Source: Mytilus californianus (Eukaryota). From it: 64,000 nucleotides of DNA. The translations under genes were made by a program, and so were the position numbers. Location of the stretch: positions 6,324,001-6,388,000 of the forward strand of contig NW_026262637.1 of NCBI RefSeq assembly GCF_021869535.1. Reading direction: 5' to 3'. A model generated the notes under the pieces. That model was not told where the DNA came from. It worked only from the letters and a program-made list of their open reading frames with translations, and did not search any database. Every line of letters starts with the position of its first letter. Position 1 is the first letter of the stretch. Shown piece after piece: positions 51,001 to 63,320 of the stretch.

Positions 51001-52773
51001 ATTGTAGACAATCCTTAATCAGCTGTCAACAATAGCAGATTGCTAAATACTATATATGTAAAGTTCAAAGTTTCCAAATTTTGGTAATTACAATTTTTCA
51101 ACTATTCAAAAAGAGATAAATAAATTCTGTATATTTATATATGTCTTTTTGAATAAATCATAAATACCAAAATCTATATAATTTAGATACTTTGTAATGA
51201 TAAAGCATTAAATGAAATATAAATATACAAGTATGAAATCTGGTAATAAAAAGGGGAGCTAACAACCCATTTAAGTTATATTAAACGTATGTTAACTTAA
51301 ATATAGACGTGAACCGTGTGGATATAATCATTTCCAGCTATTATAAAATAAAAAAGACAAAATACGAAATTATTTTTATGAAATTCCGTTGATTCATTGT
51401 CAAAACATAAAACAGACAGTCGTTTTACTAGAAATGGGTTAAGCTAGAGAATTGATAAGAAGTAGTGGATTCGGAAACGATAATCAACTTGCGACTAAAG
51501 TCGCTCGTTGATTATCGTTTACGAATCCACTACTTCTTATCAATTCTCTACTACTGAACATAAGTGGTTTCCAATTATGACGTCAGAAGTAATACTCACT
51601 ACTGCGTGCTCTGTTTGCTGCAATGTTGCTGTTTTCTTCTTTGTCATCGATTTTGACAATATATCCTCCTATTTCTCTACATTTCCTCTGTTCAAGAATA
51701 AATTTTGGTAGTTTAAGTAAATATTGATTAAGGCATTAAACAAACTATATGCGTTGAAATGTGTATTAATCGTTATTTAAACCTAGTGTAAACTGCTGTG
51801 TTTTTATCATTCAGTTGATATCGATTGTCCTTTGTAGAGGAATGCACGAAACATCAACCTATGAGATGGAATTCCCAAATAGTATAAAAGAGAGGCGAAA
51901 GATACCAAAGGGAATTCATAAGTCGAAAATAAACTGACAACGCCATGGCTAAAAAAGAAAAAGACGAACAGACAAAATGTAGTACACAAAACACAACATA
52001 GAAAACTAAAGACTGAGCATTTAACTGCTGGCTGTTTTATGACAAATAACGAATATTTGTAGTTACATGTATGATATCAACTCACTTCAGCCGTAAACCA
52101 GTCTGCTGGGTCGGAACTGTAATAGTAACAGTGGCCGTTATATTTATGCCATTTTGTTTCTGAAACGAATACAAACATGTATCGGGTTCATTTAAAGTTA
52201 TTGTTTAAAATATGAGCAGTTGTAATTTGGTTCAAGATCCATATCATTGCTTTAAGATTCCAACTCAATGTGTGAAAATCACAGATATCAATAGGAGAGG
52301 GAACAAACAGCATCATGAGTTATTAAAAGACTGAAACATTTATTATTACGTCATTTTAGGTCTCTCAGTAAATTTTTGGAATTATCCACTGCCGTACAGT
52401 CTGCAGTAATGTTCAGACAATTAGCTTTGCATGAATAAAATACCTCTTCCTGCAAGGACTTAAACTTTCAACTTTGAGACAACAGCTTTTCTTGTATGTA
52501 CTTACTACGAAAATCTTTTCCAAGGACCTTAAAATCAGTGTCAAGTTTCTTTATCTTTTGTCCCATAGTGTTAATAGTTTCTTTAAACATGTCTAGTGTC
52601 TTTTTATTGTCGTTTTCAAGTTTGTTGAGAACTTTTCCAATATTTTCCTGTACATCTGTCAAGGCTTGTCTTGATTTATCAAAGTCATCCTTAGACTCAT
52701 TAGAAAGACAAGTTTGACCAAATGTATGGTTGACGACGACTACCAGCAAAGTAAACTGAACTACGAACAGCAT
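45028..52773 (-). CDS. Secreted coiled-coil C-type lectin (perlucin-like), copy B, 215 aa
   Basis: complement(join(45028..45035,46314..46523,51600..51687,52086..52159,52506..52773)). Exon sizes (268/74/88/210/8) and phases are identical to copy A, all introns are GT-AG and there are no stops. Confidence 0.9.
46690..47600 (+). mobile_element. Helitron-like non-autonomous element carrying a short satellite array, in lectin B intron 3
   Basis: Three diverged units (AACTGT.CA.AATTTCA.TGGCCTC at 47161, 47307 and 47471) and a 3' hairpin AGAGCTCCCACATCCTAGATGCGGGCTCT at ~47557-47585. Confidence 0.6.
48455..48656 (+). mobile_element. CCTGTACCAAGTCAGG-family repeat
   Basis: Matches 38630-38830. Confidence 0.75.
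48673..49432. mobile_element. 760-bp MITE with a 9-bp TSD (Mutator-like)
   Basis: TIR GGAGCGTCTTTTTACCACAGAACACCACAGAATA at both ends, 10-bp subterminal repeats, and GGCAAATTT directly repeated at 48664-48672 and 49433-49441. Confidence 0.85.
49741..49827 (-). other. Decayed tRNA-like head (SINE remnant or tRNA pseudogene); a similar remnant lies at 50589-50670
   Basis: A-box-like TAGTATAGTGG and B-box-like GAGTTCGAACCC; no intact cloverleaf. Confidence 0.4.
51445..51550. mobile_element. 106-bp near-perfect palindromic mini-element with a TA duplication, in lectin B intron 3
   Basis: 29-bp perfect arms TAGAGAATTGATAAGAAGTAGTGGATTCG / CGAATCCACTACTTCTTATCAATTCTCTA; absent from the orthologous intron position in copy A (~19870). 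Confidence 0.85.
51870..52020 (-). mobile_element. Naiad-type 3' tail fragment in lectin B intron 2
   Basis: AAAGAGAGGCGAAAGATACCAAAGGG..ACTGACAACGCCATGGCTAAAAAAG. Confidence 0.75.
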
Positions 52774-55700
52774 ATTGTGGAACAAACTACAAAAAGAACA
52801 TAATCATTTATGTATTCATTTTTATCTAAACAAGTATATGCATTGATAATTATTTATTTATTCGTGTATTCTGGTGTTATGATAGGCTATAAAAGTTTAT
52901 AGGATACATAATAATTGTAAGTTACTAACCTGCTAGGACCAGTTTAATGTTCCATCGTTATATGTCAGATTGTACATTTGCATTATATGTTAGAAGGCAT
53001 GTCGCGTAGCTTGCTTTGTTTTCCTGATCTACTATCAACTTTTGTAAGAAGAATTATCCATTTATATAACACGTATAGTTTAAACATATTATTTTTACGC
53101 ATAGTAAAATGCATTGTACATAAGTAAATTATACTGGTAAAGTCCGCTCAGAAATACAGTATATAACAATACAATGTGAATAAAAAATATTATGAGCACG
53201 CACTATTTCGAAATATATAATATTTTACGAGTCTAGATATTGAAAAAGGATGACACGAATAAAAAAGATATATGAGGAAAGATAAAAATATAATAAATAA
53301 CAAACAAATCATCAAACATCACTGTATCGTTTATTTTAGTGTCGTTGGAACACAAACACGAATATAAGGAGATGTGGGATATGCGTCAGTTAGACAGCTA
53401 CTCGACGACAAAAAATAATCAAAAGGCATTTAGATGGCAGCATACAGTCAGGTGTGAATACAATATGTCAAGATCTTAGTCGTCCCAAATCTATAACGTT
53501 ATGAATACATTCAACAATACAATCATTTGTCATCAACACCAATTTCTCTCATTCACAAAAACATTAGAAAAACCAATGACGAGCTTCCAGTCCAGAATAT
53601 GCATATGTCGCTGGGTTTAACATCGCTTTTGTACCCTTCCCATCAGTTGAATTACAAAGGGTCCATACAAACACCCACTATAAAAGCAGTAACAGGAAAG
53701 CCGTTACTCTCAAATAACAGCATCACAGATAACAAAAACACCGCCAAAAACAATAGTTAACAATATAAAACTGTACCAAAGAATGTTGCATTTCCTAAAA
53801 AAACAGCTCAAATGAAAATGTACTATTCTATAGTCTATAGTCGCACCTTTAGGGAAAAATATTTTCAACGTTCTTTCAATCAGCTTTAAACTTTTCATTC
53901 GTTTCTCGAAAAACAAAGATATGGAAATTTTTCCAACGGTAATAACTAGTAAGATTTATTAATGGCCGGAGATTATTTAACATCAAAATGTTTCATGTCT
54001 ACAATTGAAGTAAAATATAACCAAGGTATTTTGTATGATATATTCGATTTAATTTTAGTACACAGAAGTTTCCCTTTGGATAAAGAAAGAATAATTAGGT
54101 ATTGCACCAAAAAAAATAAAGTTTTATATCCAGCTTATAATATATTTCTGATAAAAATTTTATTTATCCGATAAATATATAAATGTTTTTAGAGAATTGT
54201 ATTGCAAAACTCTTACCGTTTGGTTTTTTTGTGCTAAAATCCTCTGATACAGAATATTTTTGAAACGTAAACCATATATTTATGTATAATAATAAACTGC
54301 GCATTTCAAAATAAGTACGACAGCTGAGACACGCTCTTGCTGACCTTTACAATATAGGAAGATTTTTTTTCGTTTTAAGTATCATTTTATAAAATTTGAA
54401 GTCGAATAGATTTATGAACAAATTTAACAGAGACTAAAAACATCTGCTATCAACATCAAGTTCTCTAAATAGAAAAAAAGAAATAGTTTTATTGAGGAAT
54501 GAAATATTAATACATTTTCCAACTTTATTTACATTAAATGACTGTTTGTTTTTTGTACTCTATAAAGTACAATATTGTACAGAGAGTTTTTGTATTATTT
54601 CTAACGAAATATCAAAACTCTGTAAACTTCATTTATATATCTTTCCATCCGCAAGATTCGAACTCTATGTAGGGATAAGCTTAACAGGACAGTTCTTTGC
54701 CGGCTTAAACCTTGGCTGGTAAAAAATGAAAACAACACGTTATAAATTGCAAACGTCCGAAGCGCTTTTCTCGATTTACCTTCATCATAAACGCTCATAA
54801 ATGATTTCAGGTAATTGAATAAAAAGGACATAAATAGCCAAATCCATCTATACCACAGTATATAATTTAAGAAGCATGGAACTCTTATTAGAGATTTCTA
54901 ATTTAATTGACATTACTCGACATAACCAACCTATCTGACCGTATCTCGGCCTATTGCATTAAAGGATGACGGAGGGGAGCATACACTGCATACATTTTTG
55001 GCTTGTTGAATACACATACCTTGTTGGAATAGATGCTATTTAAAAATTAGCACAAACTACTATTTTAATTCTTTACATATTTTGTTATTAAATTTGGGAT
55101 GATTTCATTGACAACAACCTTTAGAGGAATAATTAATTCAGTTACCGGTGATCAAATACACCGATCATTACTTCGTCATTTCACTTGACCCATATATTTA
55201 TCTCTCAAACGATGAATTCTTAAAGCTACTGAATCAAAATTAAGTTTGAAAAAATAAAAATAATGGAATCTGAAGCGAGATCATATTCTCATTTTTGATT
55301 TAAAAGTTATAAGATTAAAACAAGAGTTTCAAACACACCGGAATGTAAAAGGTGTACACGACTTGGTTCTTCTTCTTCTTCTTTTGTTTTAGCATACTTC
55401 TTTAATTTATTTTAAGATACTTTTGTCAGAGGTAAAAATTCAGATCACTGATGCATCTTTCTGATGGTACTTTGTCACCTTTCCGTAGAATTTTATCAAA
55501 TGGAGGACGCATCTTCAAGAACAAATATGATTAAACTTTACTGGATCAGTTATTTTTTTATATCTTTTCTTTAATTATAATGATGCATGGATTATAGGAA
55601 GAGCCCGTACAAACGTATGCGTTATTTAACGTCATTGCTCTTAAATTGTTGTTCTAAAATGTTTGACGTTTAACTTATACAAATACGTATGAAAGACGGA

Positions 55701-56089
55701 CATGTAAGGAATATTTTTTTGCAGTTTTGTTAAGTAGGATTATGATTTTATTTTTGTGACCAACTTATGATAGCAAGGGGATATTATATTTACTGGTCTG
55801 TGCATCCGTCCTAAAACGTTTAAAATTATATACCAAATTAGAGTTTGACCGTATTAAGCGGTGCACTGAACATGGAAATATGATCATGTGAAGAGGCACG
55901 GTGTCTTAAGTCCACACATTCTTGTTGCAAATGTTTTGATTAATACACGTACATGTATATGTATCTTCCATATGCATAACTGTCTCTTTGTCGCCTCAAC
56001 AGTAACCCCTCAAAGTCGATCAGGGGAATAGAAATATGGTCACTATTTTTCTTGTTCCGATCGGCAGTTAAACCAATGCCAAAGTGGGG

Positions 56090-56252
56090 AGTCCGTTTGG
56101 TAGTGCGGGATGTACAAGTACGCAGTCCCGTTCGGTCAGAGCGGGGACGTTAAATCCGATGCCTCTTGTAAAGAGAATGCCACGCTCTCTACACGTTAAT
56201 TTTGCATGAAATATTTGCCACTGGACGTTAAGCAATCAACTATCAATCAATC
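56090..56252 (+). mobile_element. SINE body and tail
   Basis: GGGATGTACAAGTACGCAGTC..GGACGTTAAATCCGATGCC..GCCACTGGACGTTAAGCAATCAAC(AATC)n. Confidence 0.75.
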
Positions 56253-57099
56253 GACAGTAGCGTAACGAATTTTATTTCTGGTGAGGCAAATGATTTGAAT
56301 CTTGGCAGTCAAAGCCTCACCTTGGTTAAAAGACGTCAATGCCAATAGGGAGTGGACGGTTAATCAAAAATATGAATCGCAAAATAGGTGTTGGTGATCA
56401 TACTCTTGATAGGTCACACACTGGCAAACAGACCCTGTCTAGGAAAAATTCAGATTTGTGGAATTTTATCATGAAATAATATTTCTAGTGCGCATTAAAT
56501 CAATATATTTCAATAAAACTGCTGGTTAAAGGTTTATTTCTCAGTATTCAGTTACAGACAGGTCCTGATCAAAACAAAAATAATTGACAGAATCATATGT
56601 ATGACATCCTCTAAAATTGTTTTGTACAGATTTTGGGGTATTAATAGTTTAAGATCCACTATGTCTTTTAACTTTATACGTTTCGCTTTTGTCAAAATGT
56701 ATGGATGATAATAACTGGGTGAACTATGCAGTCTTGCTTAAATTAACCAAGGAAGAAGAGTACTACCTAAAATGTAGGAATGCCAAGTGTCTGTTGAAAA
56801 CTTTGTCCACCAAAAGTAACAAGTTCGTTGTCAAAAAAAAATCAAGCATCATATCAGTTTCGCAGTCATGGCCTCTTGTTTGAATCAGTTTTTTGCGAGG
56901 TATACCTTGTCTGTTACTCAAAAAGAAATTTTCATCTACCTTGTTCATTTTATGAAAGAAAGTGTTCAAGACGCAAATAATGAGGAATGAGTGAGTAAAG
57001 CTGTCAATGTTTTGAACCGTCGTCACTCAGTTTACTTTATACTATGACGGACATGGTATATAATTCTCTTTATATCTCTTTTTTAATGGTAAAAAATTT

Positions 57100-57300
57100 A
57101 GTGAGGCAGTTGCCTCATTGCGTCAATGAAAGCTACACCACAGCTCGAGTGCGGGAAGTCTTGGGCTCGATCCTCGCCCGTTTCAAATCGAAGATTGACT
57201 ACCTCTCTGCGAAGCACGCAATATTTAGGAGTTAGAGCAAGGATTGGTCGGTCCGGGGTCAAAATCATGTGTCCGGGTAGGATGACATGTCTTCCTCCGT
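57100..57300 (+). mobile_element. tRNA-derived SINE (same family as 32945-33163)
   Basis: B-box-like GGCTCGATCC and a shared core. Confidence 0.7.
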
Positions 57301-59829
57301 ATAATACAAAGTCTGGTTCATATTCATCTTCTCGTCCTAAATATGCGTATATGTAAAATACATATGCAACGAACACTTATATATATGACCCTACTTCCTA
57401 TTAATACTCCTATTTGTTTGTTCCACTTCTAACGTTGCCTATATCCCCCCTTTTTCAAAATCCTGGATCCGCATCTGGCAACGAAATCTTATTATATTAT
57501 GTTGTTCAATGTTACTTACCTTACTCATTTCCGTTAATGATTTATTCAGTAAAATGAATTCGGTGACCCCCTTTTTAATTAAAATACTATAAGTTAATTT
57601 ACTTCAAGGTATATAAAAAGAATTGCCTGGAAATGTCTTTTGTATTCAGACTCCGATAGCATTCCTGTTAAACAAATTAATACAGAACAAATCTAATCGA
57701 ACACATCTTAATTCTAAAAAACAACATATATAGGGAATTTTTTTATCAATACATTTTATAAATAAATAATTGATAAATACTTTTGTTTAGAAATTAAATA
57801 GAACCGATAGTAAAATAATTGTCATAATCAAACCCATGAAAGATAACTCAAATCGTACGTATGATAGGTATGGGATACGTGTGTTTATACGTGATCTTAT
57901 GTCAGTGAAAATAAAGGCGGGAATCTGGAAAACCACGTGATAAATAAAAATGCAAGATTTCTATAATTTTTCGTCATGATAAAATTATTTTATAAATTCC
58001 AGTGTGTGATTGAAAAAGTCTTGGAATAGATTGTTTAAACTTGAGCGACGTATTTAATCAAATGCAATGGTTGGCAATAACCAGTCCCATTAGGTCTGTA
58101 CGTCGAGTTACGCACGTATGTCATTTTATTGGAAATCTCTATTGGTACATACTTAACTACTCTAAGTAATATTTCCTTCATTATCCAGTCGAAGCAACGG
58201 GTATACAAGGCTTTTGCATCATGTATACTTCTAATTAAATTAAACCCAACAAAGTCAACTATCATTTTTGTACTGGTCCTATGTTTCGGGATGTAAGCTG
58301 CTTGTACTCCACCATTGGCACACGTCCTGATGATCATAACGACAATTAGTACAACAATAAAGATTAAGTACGTATAGCCTTCAGAAAGGACCATAACCAT
58401 AGCGTATATAAGTTATAAAGATCCTCGACATGACAAAATGTAAAAATTTGAAACGATAAAACATATATACAGTAATAAATGACAACCACTGAATACAAGT
58501 TCTGATGTAGGACAGGCATACATAGAATGTGAAGAGGTTAATCATGTTTGTGAGCTCACAGCCCTCTTCTAACATGGTAAAAGTTATGTAACAGCACGTA
58601 ATAAGAATATACTGTAAAAACCAGTTACAAAATATTTGACTCACCAGCCATAAGTTAATATATAAAAAAACAAAAAAAAAACAGAATCGTTTCGTAGCTT
58701 CGATAAATATGGTCATCGATGATATAGATATTACTTTACGTTCAACCATGTCATGGTGGTGTTCATAAATATTTCGGTGAGATTACTCTAGCTTCATCTT
58801 TTTGAATCCTTGGTTTAATAGTTCCCGTCTAATCGGCAATCCTCTATTTAGCACATCGTTCCTGAAAAAACTGCGAGATAAATACTCAGATGTTGCTGGA
58901 AAGTTTAAACATAGAAATAGAAAGTTTTATTTGGTGTTCATGCATTAGCAAAACATTATCGCAAACAGCATCTGCATGGCATTACTTTGATAAACGAACA
59001 ATTTTTATTTTCTATATATACGTATAGATTATTGGGTTTTCTGCACATTGATATCACAAAATGTCTGCCGCGAGCCACAATGTGAACCATTTCGGAGAGC
59101 GAACGAGCAAAAATCTCCCGAATGTGTCGAGCGGCTGATATTTTACTGTATCTGTACGCAGAAAACCCGATAGCATTGTGGCGTCGATGATAACTTCTCC
59201 ACAGACATTGTGACGTTGTTGATATTTCCTGCCAGGTTTGAAAAGGCGTGATACGAAAATTACGGAGCAAACAGAGCAGGGTAATAAGGGCGAAGGGAAT
59301 GACGATAATCAAGAACACAAAAAAAGACTTAGGAGCTTATTGTTCAGTGGTTGTCGTTTTTTGGTGTGGTTCATAAGTGTTTCTCGTTTCTCGTTTTTTA
59401 TATAGATTAGACCGTTGGTTTTCCTGTTTGAACTGTTTTACACCAGTCTTTTTGGGACCCTTTATATCTTGCTGTTCGTTGTGAGCCATTGCTCCGTGTT
59501 GAAGGCCATACTTTAACCTATAATTGTTTACTTTTTACACATTGGCACTCATACGATATCTTCTCGTTTTTGTGCAGTCTAAAATCCAATGATCAGACGC
59601 TTAAACGAAGAAAAACAATGCAGACATATTGCTTTAATGTTGGAAAAATACAAATCATAAAAAAGGTAAAGTAAAACATCAATAAGGACTATACGACATG
59701 TTAATCTCATTGACAAGAAGAAAGTTGATGAGATACCGAAGAACAGACAACGCCATGGGAAAAATCATAACGACCAATAATAGTGCATAAAAAGCTACAC
59801 AGAGAAATAAAACTCGATTTGACATAATC

Positions 59830-60345
59830 GGTCATCTCATTACCAGAATCTATGACAAATGAGACGATTTTAATTTTGAAATTATAAATTTCCTCCACCT
59901 TAGCAGGAATATACCAACTTCACTTGCATATGGGATATACATTTCCCAACTCATTCGGTATCCAAGAGCTTGCAGCTGCTACTCAGACTTTATTAAACGC
60001 CACAAGTGTCTGAGCAGAAAGTTGATGAACAAGGGTTATGTCAAAGAACGTCTCGTTATTTTTCTATAAAAGTTCATCGGGAGATACCAAGACCTTGTTG
60101 ATAAATATTCCGTATCAACTTTACAAATAATACATGATGGTCTTGAAGTATAATTTCATGGTACTGACGTTGTTTATCATCTTAATACATGTTATAGTGT
60201 TCCTTTTATTTGTCTTTGTATATTTTTAACCTTTACTGTTTAGTCCGTTTTTGGTAATATCTGTTTGACGTGGCTCAGTATTTATACATCCCGCCATTGT
60301 GTTATTGTACTTTGTTCAGTTTTTGTATTCTTGTCTTTCATTTTT
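59830..60345 (+). mobile_element. Naiad-type RT 3' fragment plus tail (second subfamily), preceded by an inverted tail fragment at ~59720-59800
   Basis: Near-identical to 27830-28140. Confidence 0.8.
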
Positions 60346-60349
60346 GCTT

Positions 60350-61523
60350 ATGTACTTGATGTGCTTTAGAAATATATTTCCTTGTACATTTAATGTAGCA
60401 AGACTGTGCTCATCAAAGATGATACTACGAATGTGGTACACTTCGATAGAGTGCCTACAAATACAGCCTGTCCATTGAACAATAATTTTTGAAAACAACA
60501 AATTTTGGCTTTCTAAAGCTGGCATCTTTTCAAAAATCCGGAAGATCATAAACAAAAGTATTCTTTACCATTTTGTGAACTATGTGTAAGATAGAGAGAA
60601 CCATTGATTTTAGTTAGTATGAATCTATCTCAGAATATTCAACGTACGAGAAGAGTAACTTTGTGCATTTATATATAATTTTCAAGTTCTCGTCTTTTGC
60701 AATTTTCTTAACTTCTGACTTCTTGTAAGAAGTAAGCCTGCAAAGATTTTTTTCTGTTACAAATTGAAGTACTACACGGTTTAAGAACAATGTGACGACC
60801 ATTTTTTTTTTATCAATAAAGGATTGGATAATGAGATGGTGGAGAGTATTTCAGAAAATATATATAAAGGGAAATGGCAACATGTCATCATATCTACACA
60901 AATGTTCACATTTTCATTGTCTATAGTCTTGGTGATATCGGAACGTTGAAACACTATTTCTTCTCAAGTTGAGCATTGTTTTCGTTTTCAGATAAAGTTA
61001 GGTTTCTGACGGTGTGAAAAAACTAAGTTAAGTTTCCCTTTTACTACGGCGTCCTGGTATGTCAAAGTTCCATACTCAACTTTATATACAGGAACTAATG
61101 AAACCGCCTGTATCAGATACGCATTAAAGCTCAGAATCGATATCGATATCGATATCTCAAATCCCTTCTCCGATGTTTATTCCATCCCAGAGCTATGCCA
61201 TCTTCTTTTTTGTTGTAGCTCGACGTTTGCATATCCCGGTATACATCCTTTTTGTATTTGCACTGATACAGGCGTTGACAACTCTCTCACGAATACCATT
61301 CGAATTTATCCGGGTTCTTGACCTTAGTGTGCTCAAAATAACTTCCAGCATTGACAGTTTCAAAAACCGTAAAACTTGGATTGAGTGCTTTGATAGTTGT
61401 AGGTATAAAATCTTTTACAATCTGAATTATAAAGCTTTCACTCTTCTGTACTTCATTTTTAAGTAATTGAAATGTGCACTGCTGGTCATGAAGATTGTGG
61501 ATGTATATATCTAAAGATGACAT
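60350..61523 (-). pseudogene. cGAS-like receptor (cGLR; Mab-21 nucleotidyltransferase) pseudogene, copy B
   Basis: GSYFEHTKVKNPDKFE (cGAS-type GSxxExxKxxxPxEFD), then across frameshifts PGYANVEL, ICVDMM (third catalytic Asp position), HIVLKPC, CRLTSYKKSE (WRLSFSxxE-like), YKCTKLL and IDSY*LKSMVL (SYxLK). It has at least 3 frameshifts and several stops. Confidence 0.82.
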
Positions 61524-61591
61524 ATCTGAAAGAAAACAATTCAGTTTTAAATGGTGTAGAATAACTAGTTTCTGTTTACTGTTTAATTTAT

Positions 61592-62640
61592 AGATAATGC
61601 ATATTTTAAGGTTTTTATTGTCGTATAACACACAGAAGGGTGTCAGGATTGATCAAATGAAAGGCCGACCGTAGGGAGGTCTTTCTTTCGGCAATCCTGA
61701 GAACCCGAGGTGTGTTATACGACAAGAAAAACCATAACATATGCATTATCTGACTTATATGACGTAAAAAATATTATTTTCTGCAAAGATTTGCAGGATT
61801 TTCATCCTTTTTACCGACAACACTAAAGTGGAATATTCCTTTCTGATGCGTTCAGGTTTTAATACGCCCTACGGCTTATGTGTAATGTAAAATAAAACTC
61901 ACTAATTAATCTAGATAAAAACGTTAGCAATCATTATCCAGCTACAATAGAAATATCACAGAAGCTGCATGAAGCAAGACGCAAATGAAATGTTACGGTG
62001 TATGAAAAATACAAGTCACTTTGTAAGTAATTTATTGTATCACTTAGTTTCTGGAAGGGGGAACCTATATCTTTTTTCTTTTTCATGACATTTTCATCGC
62101 GGAAAAACAGATGATTTTTTCAACAATTTTTAACGAACTCTTCAGAGTAATTGTTTTTTTTTCACTTTTGAATGGCAATATATTTTTTTTAAACAGATAC
62201 CTTAGTCAGAATTAAATCGTATACCCTCCCCCTCTCCGCCCCATCATAAAGTAAGTGGCTGTTATTATATAGAAATTAGCAATATTTGGTCAATTGATCA
62301 TTTCATAGAGTAAAAGCTTGTTTTTAAAGAGTTATGGAAAGTTTTGAATTATTAAATTCATCTCAAATAATGTCCCTTTATTGTAGCGATAAATTAACAA
62401 AACTTCACAATATTTGTTTCGAAAGTTAAAATATGCGATTTTTTGTATAACAAACAGAGGACAGGATTATTTGTGCCTTAATCAACAACACACGATAACT
62501 ATCAAACGAATTAAATGTTTAAGTAAATAATAGATTGCATTTTAATCAAGAAAAATAATGACCTTACACCTTGCCTTGAAGCAAATTGATTCTTCAACAG
62601 AGAGACCTGTCGTTCTGAAAGAAAATAACTTCACATAGGT
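61592..62640. mobile_element. ~1.05-kb insertion beginning with a 160-bp palindrome (61592-61751); possibly tyrosine-recombinase (Crypton)-type non-autonomous
   Basis: Arms GGTTTTTATTGTCGTATAACACAC / GTGTGTTATACGACAAGAAAAACC (23/24 match). The insertion is absent from copy A, where ...TGTTACG joins directly to ATATAAATGCAAATAC at ~24408. Confidence 0.55.
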
Positions 62641-63124
62641 ATATAAATGCAAATACAGTCTTCAGATAGTATGTTGACCTCTAGGTGTCTTTATGCTATT
62701 TGTTATCTTACAAACCTTTTCGTGCATTTTTCATTGTTATTCAACGCAAAATAAGTATATATGATACCTGGGACAATCTAATTATATAAAGGATTTCTTT
62801 TGTTTACTTATGTTACTTAGAACTTATCAACCCGGTGTAGGTTTTTAAGTTGAGGTTCTTTTTACTAAAAGTTATTCGGGCATGACTCATTAGACTAACA
62901 ACCTTAGAATCAGAGGGTTCAAAATAGGATCGGGAAAAAAACGGCCAGCGAAATACCATAATTCACAATTTCAAAGAACTAGACTGCCTTTGGTTGATTA
63001 AACCGGGTTAATAATCAGACGGTATTAGAGTGGAAATCCAACCTGTCCTAAACCGGCTGCAATAGGAATTTATTTACAAATAAGTACATATCTTATTTAC
63101 TTAAAAAGTGGCCGTTATTGCCTG

Positions 63125-63320
63125 TAAAAAGTGAACTAACAAAAATACCGAACTCCAAGTAAAATTCAAAACGGAAAGTCCGTTATCAAATGGCAAAATC
63201 AAAAACTCAAACACATCAAACGAATGGAAACAACTGTCATATTCCTGACTTGGTACAGGCATTTCCTTATGTAGAAAATGGTGGTTTAAACATGTTTTTA
63301 TAGCTAGCTAAACCTCTTAC
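63125..63320 (-). mobile_element. CCTGTACCAAGTCAGG-family repeat
   Basis: Matches 22080-22270. Confidence 0.75.

Larger units (their letters stand above)
37985..62720. repeat. Segmental duplication, copy B (expanded by ~13 kb of insertions)
   Basis: See the anchors listed under copy A; gene order and orientation are identical. Confidence 0.9.
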
